Shown piece by piece: positions 44,621 through 54,512 of a stretch of DNA of 64,000 nucleotides (position 1 is the stretch's first letter; the number at the start of each line of letters is the position of its first letter). The position numbers were made by a program, and so were the translations under genes. Under the pieces are notes generated by a model. That model was not told the origin of the DNA, did no database searches, and saw only the letters and a list, made by a program, of their open reading frames with translations. Source of the stretch: Thecamonas trahens ATCC 50062 (Eukaryota; Protista; Apusomonadida); the NCBI RefSeq assembly GCF_000142905.1, contig NW_013657632.1, positions 1 through 64,000 on the forward strand, given 5' to 3'.

Positions 44621-45769
44621 TCACCCCAGCTGCAGGATCGACGTCCGCAGCACACGCTGCGGCGAGCCGTCAGCACCCGGCACCTCGTGCGTCGGCTCGT
44701 ACGCCGGCGAGCTCCCGTATAGGCGCGACTCTTCCTGTGCGTAAACCAAAAGGCGGTTCCACTCGTCCGAACGAGTCGAGGTCCGCGACGCCATTGCGTT
44801 CCGCGCCACACTCGCCCGCCCTCCTTGGCGGGCCCCGCCGCGGCTGCGCGCTGTGCTCCCGGCTCGGCTCTGCGTTCGGCTCCGCGCTCTCACGGCCGCC
44901 GGGCTCGTCTCGTCATCCGCGCACTCTCCGTCGCCGCCGGTAAAGTAGTGGGAGGTCCGCGACATCGACGCCTCGCGCTCGATCTCGCGAACAGGCTCCA
45001 ACAGCGGATCCACGAGGTCACCAATGGGGACGACCAGCGATGGCACAGCGTGCGGATCATAGTCTGCGTCGTAGACTGAGGCGTGTGCCAGCGAGCCGGG
45101 GCGGGCACAGGCGATAAACTTGTCGGCCTCCTGCCGTCGGAGCGCCTCGTACTCGTTGTACAGCTCCGAGTCGAGGAGCGACGAGACGCGCGCCTGGATC
45201 TTGACGTACACATCTTCTGTCCATTTTTTGTGCATGATTTCGCGCTTGCGTTGCTTCTGCCGCTCCTTGGCCTCAATCAACGCGTCGATATCGCGCCCAA
45301 TCCGGGCGTTGCCCTCAGCCAGCAACTGAACGTGGTCAACAGCGTCGTCGCGCTGCAGGTGACTCTTGCGCTCGCGCTTTCGGGCCTCGCGCGCCAGCTC
45401 CTCATCAAACGCCGCCATTCGCTGGGCATGCATCCGCTCCCGCTTCTGCCGGCGGGCTTCTGCCGAGACCGGATCAAAGCCACGGCTGCGAGCCGAGCCG
45501 AGCCGCGATGCACTTAACGGCGACTGCGGCCGTTGGCCAACTGCCGACCTCGACCTCGACGCCGATCTCGAAGCTGGTCGCCACGGCTCAACCTGCCGTG
45601 CCGACGTTGGTGTCCGTCTCTGCTGCGAGCCACCCGGCTCAGAGCCGCCCGGCGGTGGCTCACTGGTCGCAGGCCGCTGTTGGCTCCTGCTCAAGGCCTC
45701 GGCTGCCGTTGCCAGCAAGGCAGCACCAGCCGAGGCATGGACGACAATAATGGAGCCATCATCGGCCAT
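44621..45769 (-). CDS. FAM228-like protein
   Basis: RKREIMHKKWTEDVYVKIQARV and YDPH...DLVDPLL resemble the FAM228 core; start MADDGS. Confidence 0.55.
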   Translation of the reverse strand: MADDGSIIVVHASAGAALLATAAEALSRSQQRPATSEPPPGGSEPGGSQQRRTPTSARQVEPWRPASRSASRSRSAVGQRPQSPLSASRLGSARSRGFDPVSAEARRQKRERMHAQRMAAFDEELAREARKRERKSHLQRDDAVDHVQLLAEGNARIGRDIDALIEAKERQKQRKREIMHKKWTEDVYVKIQARVSSLLDSELYNEYEALRRQEADKFIACARPGSLAHASVYDADYDPHAVPSLVVPIGDLVDPLLEPVREIEREASMSRTSHYFTGGDGECADDETSPAAVRARSRTQSRAGSTARSRGGARQGGRASVARNAMASRTSTRSDEWNRLLVYAQEESRLYGSSPAYEPTHEVPGADGSPQRVLRTSILQLG

Positions 45770-45935
45770 GGCCTGACAGTTGAAGCGCAGGAATATGGGA
45801 GGGGAGTGTGGTGTGGTGCTGTTGTTCCACGAGTTATGAAGATGCGGAGGTGAGGAGGTGTGGACTCGGAAGAGGAGTGGTAGTGGGGAGGGGGGGTGAT
45901 CGGGGTGGGGAGGGGGGACGAGGGGGGGGGGGGTC

Positions 45936-46599
45936 NNNNNNNNNNNNNNNNNNNNNNNNNNNNNNNNNNNNNNNNNNNNNNNNNNNNNNNNNNNNNNNNN
46001 NNNNNNNNNNNNNNNNNNNNNNNNNNNNNNNNNNNNNNNNNNNNNNNNNNNNNNNNNNNNNNNNNNNNNNNNNNNNNNNNNNNNNNNNNNNNNNNNNNNN
46101 NNNNNNNNNNNNNNNNNNNNNNNNNNNNNNNNNNNNNNNNNNNNNNNNNNNNNNNNNNNNNNNNNNNNNNNNNNNNNNNNNNNNNNNNNNNNNNNNNNNN
46201 NNNNNNNNNNNNNNNNNNNNNNNNNNNNNNNNNNNNNNNNNNNNNNNNNNNNNNNNNNNNNNNNNNNNNNNNNNNNNNNNNNNNNNNNNNNNNNNNNNNN
46301 NNNNNNNNNNNNNNNNNNNNNNNNNNNNNNNNNNNNNNNNNNNNNNNNNNNNNNNNNNNNNNNNNNNNNNNNNNNNNNNNNNNNNNNNNNNNNNNNNNNN
46401 NNNNNNNNNNNNNNNNNNNNNNNNNNNNNNNNNNNNNNNNNNNNNNNNNNNNNNNNNNNNNNNNNNNNNNNNNNNNNNNNNNNNNNNNNNNNNNNNNNNN
46501 NNNNNNNNNNNNNNNNNNNNNNNNNNNNNNNNNNNNNNNNNNNNNNNNNNNNNNNNNNNNNNNNNNNNNNNNNNNNNNNNNNNNNNNNNNNNNNNNNNN
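45936..46599. other. Assembly gap (N run) in a divergent intergenic region
   Basis: N bases flanked by G and C homopolymers. Confidence 0.99.
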
Positions 46600-46714
46600 T
46601 CCGCCCCCCCCCTCCCTCCCTCCCCCCCCCCCCCTCCCCCCCCTCCCCCCGCCCCTCTCCCGCCACCAGCACAGAACACATTCCACTCGCCGCCGACCCC
46701 CCCTCGTTGCGGCC

Positions 46715-48250
46715 ATGGGTATTGCAGGATTCGCGCGGTGGGTGCGGGAGACGTTCCCCAATGCCCATGGCGAGGTGGCGCAGGGCGCAGGGCTTGGGTA
46801 CACCCACGTCTATGTGGACATGAACTCACTGCTCCACCAAGCCGGGCGCAAGTCGGCCAAGATCAAGGACATGATCTTCAAGGTCTTCCGCGAGCTGGAC
46901 ATGCTGTTCAAGACCTTCCCGCCCTCCGCCATGGTCTATATCGCCTTTGATGGCCCGGCTCCGCTGGCCAAGCTCTCCACACAGCGCGCTCGCCGCGTCA
47001 AGGCCAAGGACAAGGAGGCGCGGAAGGCCGGCTGCGGCGGGGCGCATGGGCATGCGCCTGCCGCGTCGCAGTCTGCCAACGCCCCTGACTTTGTCTCGGG
47101 TGCTCGGGCAGGGAGCACCGCGTCGTCTGATCTGCCTGTTCCGCCGCCGCCAGAGGCTCTGCCCCTCCCCACGGGACTGCTCACTCCAGCCGCGTTGATG
47201 AAGGGCAGAAAGGGCCGTGGCAGGAACCGCAAGGGCGGCAAAGGCAAGCAGCCGCAGCCGCAGCCGCAGCCGCAGCCGCAGTCGCAGCCGCAGCCGCACC
47301 CACAGGTTGTCAACGCGGGGAAGAAGAAGAAGAAGAAGCGCAAGCCGGGCACCGACTCGGTCCTCTTCACGCCGGGTACCGATCTTATGTATACCCTTGC
47401 CGAGGCTGTGCTCTACTACGCATGCTCACGGCTCCAGGGTGACAGCAAGTACCGCGGGGTGCGGTTTGTTGTCTCGGGGCCCGATGTGCCCGGCGAGGGC
47501 GAGGTGAAGCTCGTGCGGCAGCTGGTGGCCGACGCCGCGCGTGGCGACGCCCGTGCCAAGTTTCTGGTTGTCGGCGGCGACGCCGACCTTATTCTGCTTA
47601 CCCTGGCGTGCGGCGTCCGCAACGTCCATCTCTTTGCCGAGGATTCGGGCGGAGGTGGCAAGAAGCGCAAAGGTCCGCGCCCGGCGGGCGTTCGCTACGA
47701 CATCGAGGCTATTGCCACCAAGCTCGTGTCACAGGCCGGTGGCCTCTCGCGCGAGCAGGTTGTGGCCGACTTTGTCACCCTCTCGCTCTTTATGGGCAAC
47801 GATTACTTGCCCAAGCTCCGCGGCGCTGCCATGGACTCACTGTGGAAGCAATACCGCGGCCTAGTCAACGGCACAGTATACAAGCCGCGCAAGCGCACGC
47901 AGCGCCGCCGCAGGGGCAAGGGCGGCGGCGCCAAGCCGCCACCGCGCGAGAAGCTCTGGCAGAACGGCTCGTTCCCCGGCATTGTCGACCTGACGTCACT
48001 TTCGTTTCATTGGAAAGCGCTGGTTGGCGTCCTCTCGCGGTGCGCTCGCAACGTACGGCACATCACCGAATCGCTCAACTCCGTGGCGGCGGCGCGGGCC
48101 GACGTTGCGGCAACCGGCGGAAACGATGACATCGACGATGACAACGGTGGCGAGGTCACCGAGACCGACGTCGAAACCGAGGACGAGATGGACACGACTG
48201 GTGTTAACAGCGACGGCGACGACTCGGAGTACGACGACGACGACGACAAC

Positions 48251-48285
<35 letters not shown>

Positions 48286-49051
48286 GGGTGGCCTTGCGGT
48301 CGACGCGTCGTCGCTTCCCAAGCTCAGTGGCGAGGCTGGACCGCTTGTGGCGTACTTCTCTGGTGTTCTGTGGACGCTGCAGACGTACCGGACCGGGATT
48401 GTGCCAGACTACGGGTTTGCCTACACTGCCAACCGGGCGCCCACGGTACTGAGTCTCGCCAACGTTCTGGTGACGCAGCCGGAGACACTGGCGACGTACG
48501 TGCGGGTGCCGACGTCAGCAACGCCCCCATTAGCTCCGGCAGCCTGTCTCATGGCGCTGCTGCCGTACGCGGCCCGCGATGTGCTACCTGGCCCGCTGCG
48601 GGCTCTCATGGAAGCTGACTCGCCGCTGGCCGACCTGTACGCGCGGGCGCCGCGTGGGGCCAAGCTCGACCTCGCTCGAGTGCTCGTCGAGCTCGCGGAG
48701 CTGGAGGCGACTTGCTACGCTCGCGACGCTCCTGCTGACTTTGCTGCACTTCGTCGCTTGTTTGTCTTTGGCGAGGTGACGGCGATTTGGCTGATGAAGA
48801 CCGAGCCACCGACGCCGACCTCAGTCTCGTCGGTCTACTTCCAGGCGCCGCCGCTTCCGCCTGGCCATCGGCCACTGCGCAAGCCTGCACGTCTTCAGAT
48901 GGCACCGCTTGGCAGCGATGACGGGATCGGTGTGACGGTGGCGGCGCGGAACGGGCGTGGTGGCGGTGGCGGGCGTGGCGGCGGCGGTGGCGGTAGGCGC
49001 GGAGGCGGTGGGCGCGGTGGCGGTCGCGGCAGACGCCGCAAGCAGCAGTAG
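46715..49051 (+). CDS. Divergent XRN-family 5'-3' exoribonuclease
   Basis: MGIAGFARW, YVDMNSLLH, AFDGPAPLAK...QRARR, TPGT, PGEGEVK, DADL, GNDYLP, YFSGVLWTLQTY; PQ repeat, poly-Asp and RGG tail. Confidence 0.88.
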
Positions 49052-49184
49052 TCAGCACTGCAGTGCAACGATGCAACGAGACGGCACAAAGAAACAATGT
49101 GTGTTAACGCTGAGGGTTGCGTTCAATGAAAATACTGCATGGAGAGATGGCAGAAGAGAGGGGAAAAGCAAGACCATGACGAGG

Positions 49185-51548
49185 TTACCACCACGATGCG
49201 TTGCCACCACCGCCGCCGCCCTTGTTGGAGCTCTTGTTGGAGCTCTTGCGGCGGCTGCCGCCACCGCCGCCGCCGCCGCCGCCACCGCCGAGCGACTGGT
49301 TGGCGGCATCGAGAAGGTTGATGCCGCCGTGACGGGCCTCAAAGGCCGCCGAGAGGCCGCCGCCGCCGCCGCCGCCGCCGCGACCGCCACCGTTGCGACC
49401 GCCGCGGCCACCACCGCCGTTGCGGCCACCGCCGCCACCACCGCCACCCTGGCGACGGCGGATGTCGCCACCACCACGATCGCCGCCTCGGCCACCGCGG
49501 CCGTTGCTGCGGTCACTCTTGCGGACGTTGTAGGCAGCGTCGACGAGCCAGCGCGGGATGTCGTTAAGGTCGGGGTGCTCCTCGAGCTTCTTGACGAGGT
49601 CCTTGACGATGTTGTAGTTCGAGTCGCAGAAGAACGAGGTGGAGAGGCCCTTCTTACCGGCACGGCCGGTACGGCCGATGCGGTGGACGTAGTCGTCGAT
49701 GTGGGACGGGAGGTCAAAGTTGACGACGTGGGTCACGTTGGGGATGTCGAGGCCACGGGCAACGACGTCGGTGGCGACGAGAATCGGGGTGATGCCCTCG
49801 CGGAAGGTGCGGAGCGCCTCCTCGCGCTCGTCCTGCGAGCGGTCACCGTGGATGGTGGTGGCGCGGAAGCCCTGGTCGTAGAGGAACTGCTCAAGCGAGT
49901 CGGCCGAGCGCTTGGTCTCAACAAAGACAAGGGTAAGGCCCGGGACCGATCCGAGGAGGTCGAGGAGGATCTCGTGCTTCTCGCGCTGCGGAACACGCAT
50001 GACGCGCTGCTCGACAAGGGCGGCCGAGGCACCTACCTCACCGACGCGGATAAAGACGTAGTCCTGCTGGAGGAAGTCCTGCGCCAGCTGCTGGATCTCG
50101 GCCGGGAAGGTGGCGGAGAAGAGGAAGGTCTGGCGGTTGTCGATGGGCATGTCAAAGTCCTCGATGATCGAGCGGATCTGCGGCTCGAAACCCATGTCGA
50201 GCATGCGGTCAGCTTCATCCATGACCAGGAACTGGATCGACGAGACAGACATCGAGCCGCGGTCGACGACGTCGATGAGGCGTCCGGGCGTGGCGATGAC
50301 AATGTCGGCGCCGCGCTCGAGCTCGCGCAGCTGCTGGCCAATAGGCGCGCCACCGTAGACGACGCAGGCGCGGAGCCGCGAGCGGTACGTCAGCTTGCGA
50401 GCCTCGATGTGGATCTGCGAGGCAAGCTCACGAACAGGCGCAAGGACAAGGGCCCGCGGGTACGCGCGGCGCTTGAACCGGCCCTTGCCACGCGACGGCG
50501 GCTGGAACCGGTGCTCGTTGAAAATGAGCGAGTTGAGAATGGGGATGAGGAACGCAGCCGTCTTACCGGAACCGGTCTGGGCACACGCCATGATATCACG
50601 GAGCTCGTCCTGCTTGACCTGCATCCACGAGTCAACCGTGATGGCGAGCGCGTCGTCGGTGTCTTGAGAGTTGAGCGCCGACGCCACCACTGCCTGGTAC
50701 TCGGAGAGGTACGGGACGCAGCCCGACATGGTGAGCGACCACTTCTGGACCGGCGTCGGCCGCTTGTACCCGGAGAGCTCGACCGAGTTGCGGATGCAGT
50801 CGGCGAGAACAAACTCGGCAAAGGTGATGCCGTCGCGCGGGCCCTTGGGCAGGTTCGGCCCGGTCACGTCGACAGGCACCGACTCGTAGACGTCAAAGTC
50901 GATGGCAGCTGTCGAGACTGTCTTGGGGCCATCCTCAAAAGACTTGGGGAAAAGCTCCTTTTCCAGCCGGATGTTGCGGCGGAGCATGCCGCCGCCGACG
51001 CCGCCGTTCGACCCGGCCCGCTCGGGGTCGCGGTCGTCGTCGCCGCGGTTGCCACCGCGCCGGTCGTCGTCGCCACGGTCGTTCCCGCCGCGGTTGCCGC
51101 CGCGCCGGTCGTCGTTGGACCAGCGCCCGCCGCCGCCACCACGCCGCGGCTCGTCGCGAGCCTCGGGTGCGTCAGCCTCGGACGAGGCAGCCGGCGCCGG
51201 AGCCGGAGCCGGAGCCGCCGCGCGGTCGTCGCCGCGGTCATCACCGCGGTCGCCACCGCGCCGGTCAAAGTCGCGATCGCCACCGCGCCGGTTGCCACGG
51301 TCATAGCCGCGGTCACCACCGCGCCGGTCGTAGCCGCGGTCGTAGCCGCGGTCGCCGCCACGCCGGTCGCCACCGTAGCCGCGGTCGCCGCCACGCCGGT
51401 CGCCGCCACGCCGGTCGCCGCCGTAGCCGCCACGGTCGTAGCCGCGGTCGCCGCCACGCCGGTCGTCGTAGCCGCCGCGGTCGCCGCCGCGCCGGTCGCC
51501 GCCGCGCCAGCCGTTGCGGTCGCCGCCACGGTCGCCGCCGCGGTCGCC
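49185..51548 (-). CDS. DED1: DEAD-box RNA helicase DDX3/DED1 family (5' end lost in gap)
   Basis: [59 protein letters not shown]; in-frame RGG/DRG repeats run to the gap; Gly-rich tail ending WW. Confidence 0.93.
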   Translation of the reverse strand, partial: GDRGGDRGGDRNGWRGGDRRGGDRGGYDDRRGGDRGYDRGGYGGDRRGGDRRGGDRGYGGDRRGGDRGYDRGYDRRGGDRGYDRGNRRGGDRDFDRRGGDRGDDRGDDRAAAPAPAPAPAASSEADAPEARDEPRRGGGGGRWSNDDRRGGNRGGNDRGDDDRRGGNRGDDDRDPERAGSNGGVGGGMLRRNIRLEKELFPKSFEDGPKTVSTAAIDFDVYESVPVDVTGPNLPKGPRDGITFAEFVLADCIRNSVELSGYKRPTPVQKWSLTMSGCVPYLSEYQAVVASALNSQDTDDALAITVDSWMQVKQDELRDIMACAQTGSGKTAAFLIPILNSLIFNEHRFQPPSRGKGRFKRRAYPRALVLAPVRELASQIHIEARKLTYRSRLRACVVYGGAPIGQQLRELERGADIVIATPGRLIDVVDRGSMSVSSIQFLVMDEADRMLDMGFEPQIRSIIEDFDMPIDNRQTFLFSATFPAEIQQLAQDFLQQDYVFIRVGEVGASAALVEQRVMRVPQREKHEILLDLLGSVPGLTLVFVETKRSADSLEQFLYDQGFRATTIHGDRSQDEREEALRTFREGITPILVATDVVARGLDIPNVTHVVNFDLPSHIDDYVHRIGRTGRAGKKGLSTSFFCDSNYNIVKDLVKKLEEHPDLNDIPRWLVDAAYNVRKSDRSNGRGGRGGDRGGGDIRRRQGGGGGGGGRNGGGGRGGRNGGGRGGGGGGGGLSAAFEARHGGINLLDAANQSLGGGGGGGGGGGSRRKSSNKSSNKGGGGGGNASWW

Positions 51549-51691
51549 NNNNNNNNNNNNNNNNNNNNNNNNNNNNNNNNNNNNNNNNNNNNNNNNNNNN
51601 NNNNNNNNNNNNNNNNNNNNNNNNNNNNNNNNNNNNNNNNNNNNNNNNNNNNNNNNNNNNNNNNNNNNNNNNNNNNNNNNNNNNNNNNNNN
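51549..51691. other. Assembly gap (N run)
   Basis: N bases. Confidence 0.99.
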
Positions 51692-51807
51692 CCCCGCCCC
51701 CCCCCCCCTGTCCCCCTTGCGCGTGCCGTGCCTACCTGTCGGCTTCACTCTTTTTCGCGGACTCGACCCAGTTGGTGGCACTCGCCTCGCGCTCTCTCGT
51801 CGGCTCT

Positions 51808-53969
51808 ATGTCGACCGACGGCGGCAATGAGTACGGCTACGAGTACAGCTTTTATGATGAAGATTGCTCCGAGAGCACGGGCGAGGGCAGGGGTGAGGGA
51901 AGGACCGAGCTGTCGCAGATGACGAGCGACGACGCAGGTGCGGATGCTCCTGGCGACAACCGCCGTGCAGGAGTGGCGCTCACGGTGCGTAAGGCCGAGT
52001 CGATGACCAGCAGCCATGCTGAAGATGGAGACGACATAGTACAGAAGCGGTGGCCATGGATCTCGCCGGTCGGCTTTCTCGTTGTTCTCTCCATGTTTGG
52101 CTTTGTCCAGTCGATGGTGGTCACCGGCCTGATGTCTGTCAACATCGCATCGCTCGAGACCCGATACCGGCTCTCGTCGAAAGAGTCGTCGATGGTCTCG
52201 TCAGTGTACGACATCACAGTCACACTATCGGTGGTGATTATCACTATCCTGGGCGCGCGAAGCCACAAGCCGCGAACTCTAGCTCTCGCCTTTGTCCTCC
52301 TCGGCGTCGGCTCGCTGGTCTTTGCGCTCCCACACTTTGTCGCCGGCAGCTACACCTTTTCAGCCTCCGGCTCGGTCGTCGACATGTGCGTCCTTCCGCA
52401 ACTTTCTGGTTTGGGCACGCGCGCTCCTCATCGGGACTGCTCAGCGCGCTCCGAGCTCGCATACGCGCTTCTCATTGTCGGTCAGATCATCATCGGCTTT
52501 GGCGCTGCACCGCTCTACACGCTCGGCCCAGCGTACCTTGACGAGAACCTCTCGGCGGACCGGCTCCCACTCTTTCTGGGCGTCTTTTACGCCATGACAG
52601 CAGTCGGACCAGCTGCGGGCTTTGTCGGCGGCTCGATGATGCTCTCGATCTGGGTCGAGCCGGGCTCACGGCCTCAGGGCATGCAGGAAACTGATCCGGA
52701 ATGGGTCGGCTGTTGGTGGCTCGGCTACCTTGTTGCGGCAGGACTCTCGTTCTTGTTTGCCGTGCCGCTTGCCACCTTTCCGCGCATCCTCGACCAGCGA
52801 TTCTACGTGCCGCCGATTGCTCGCTCGCTCCGCGACCACGTCGTCTCGCTCAAGGCCGTCCTCGTCTCGGGCCCGTGGGTCCTCGTCTCGCTTGCCACCT
52901 CAGCCGAGGCCTTTCTCCTCTCGGGCGGCTCGCTGTTTATGGCTAAGATGGTGCAATCGCTGTATGGGGTCTCGGCATCGCGGGCAGGGCTCCTTGTGGG
53001 AGCTATGGTTGTGCCCGGCGCTGCTGGTGGCATGTTTGCCGGCGGTTGGGCAGTCGGCCACTGGAAGCTCAGCGTCAAGGCCAATGCCAAGCTCACGCTT
53101 GTCATCGCCTGTCTGGCTGCCGCCGCCATGGCATTCTTCCTTGTCGGATGTACCAATGCGCCGATGGCCGGCGTGACCCGCCCGTATACGAGTGAGGCGA
53201 GCGTGCCAGTGCCACCCCCAACGGCGCGGCCGATCGTACCGGCCTGCGCCGCCAATTGCTCGTGCTCGACATGGCCGTTCAAGCCGGTCTGCGGCTCGGA
53301 CAAGATTCAGTACTTTTCTGCTTGCTTTGCCGGCTGCCGCGACCGCTTCCCGCGTCGCGACAATGGCAATCTCAACGCTTTGAGCCTGCAGAACTGCAGC
53401 TGCGTGGCTTCGGGCCTTCCCGCGCCGGCTCCCGCCAGCCTCGGATCGGCATCGTGGGGCCTCTGCTCCACAAACTGCCCATACCTCCCGCTCTTTCTCG
53501 CCGGTCTTCTCGCCGCCATGTTTTTTCGTTCTTCATTACCTCACCGATGGCGACGTACACCATGCTTGTCGTGGCTCAAGAGCATCGGGCCTTTGGCCTC
53601 GCCGCGCAGTCGGTCGCCTTTCGGCTCCTCGGCGGCATTCCGGGCCCGGTTGTCTTCGGCGCTCTCCTTGACTCGGCGTGCCTTCTTTGGGAGCGCAAAT
53701 GTAACGAGACGGGATCCTGCTATCTCTACGACTCGTGGCTTGTCCGCATCCGCATCTACGTTCTTGCCCTCGCCTGCAAGGCCGTCTCGATCAGCGTCCT
53801 CGTTGCCGCCTGGCGCCTCGCCCCTACCGGCATGCAACGCGTTGACACGACAGCGGACGTCATCGAAGACGTTCCAGTCGCGCTCCCTCGAGCGGCGAAC
53901 CCAAGATTACCCGAAAGTCGTGCCACGACTGATCATGCGGCTGCTGACCGTGTGGCTGCCTGTGATTAG
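51808..53969 (+). CDS. Organic anion transporting polypeptide (OATP/SLCO), one -1 frame break at ~53523
   Basis: LETRYRLSS, HKPR, LPHF, LGPAYLDEN, DPEWVGCWWLGY, Kazal-like PVCGSDKIQYFSACFAGC; second ORF RLLGGIPGPVVFGALLDSACLLWERKC...GSCYLYD. Confidence 0.92.
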
Positions 53970-54094
53970 CACAGTCGCTGCTGGCAGTCGATTGGCCGTC
54001 TGTGTTCGGCTTCCATCCTCTTCTTTGAGCGACGGGAGGATACACCGGGGGTAAGGGCAGCTAAACTCGACTCGAGCGAAGGGCACAAGCGAGT

Positions 54095-54475
54095 ATGGCG
54101 GCAGAAAGAGGAGGTGGTGGTGGTGAAGACATGGTGTACTTTGCGTGTGCTGGGTGCGGCAAGTCACTGCTCCTTGCCGAGCACGTCAACGAGCACGAGG
54201 CCGGCGAGGGCCAGACGTCGTTCAAGTGGCGCAAGCGCGATGCGGCGGTGGTCACTGCCCAGCGTGACGACTCGATCTGCACCTCGTACTTTGTGGATCG
54301 CATGGGCTGGATGGGTGAGATGGACGCCAACGAGGGCCGTGTCTGCTGCCCAAAGTGCAAGGCCAAGCTCGGCAAGTACTTTTGGTCCGGGACCCAATGC
54401 TCGTGCGGGGCGTGGGTGACGCCGGCTATCCAGATTTCAAAGGCCAAGGTCGACTGCAAGACGATTGCAAGCTGA
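54095..54475 (+). CDS. Stand-alone Yvh1/DUSP12-type zinc-binding domain protein
   Basis: CAGC...H...CTSYFV..MGWM...G..CCPKCKAKLGKYFWSGTQCSCGAWVTPAIQISKAKVD; no phosphatase domain. Confidence 0.85.
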   Translation: MAAERGGGGGEDMVYFACAGCGKSLLLAEHVNEHEAGEGQTSFKWRKRDAAVVTAQRDDSICTSYFVDRMGWMGEMDANEGRVCCPKCKAKLGKYFWSGTQCSCGAWVTPAIQISKAKVDCKTIAS

Positions 54476-54512
54476 AGCACAGTGGAGGAGAAAGTGTGGG
54501 GTGGGGTGCTGG

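Noticed and set aside
44621-49051. ORF-track proteins spanning N gaps
   Set aside because: Artefacts of translating N runs; starts reassigned to 45769 and 46715.
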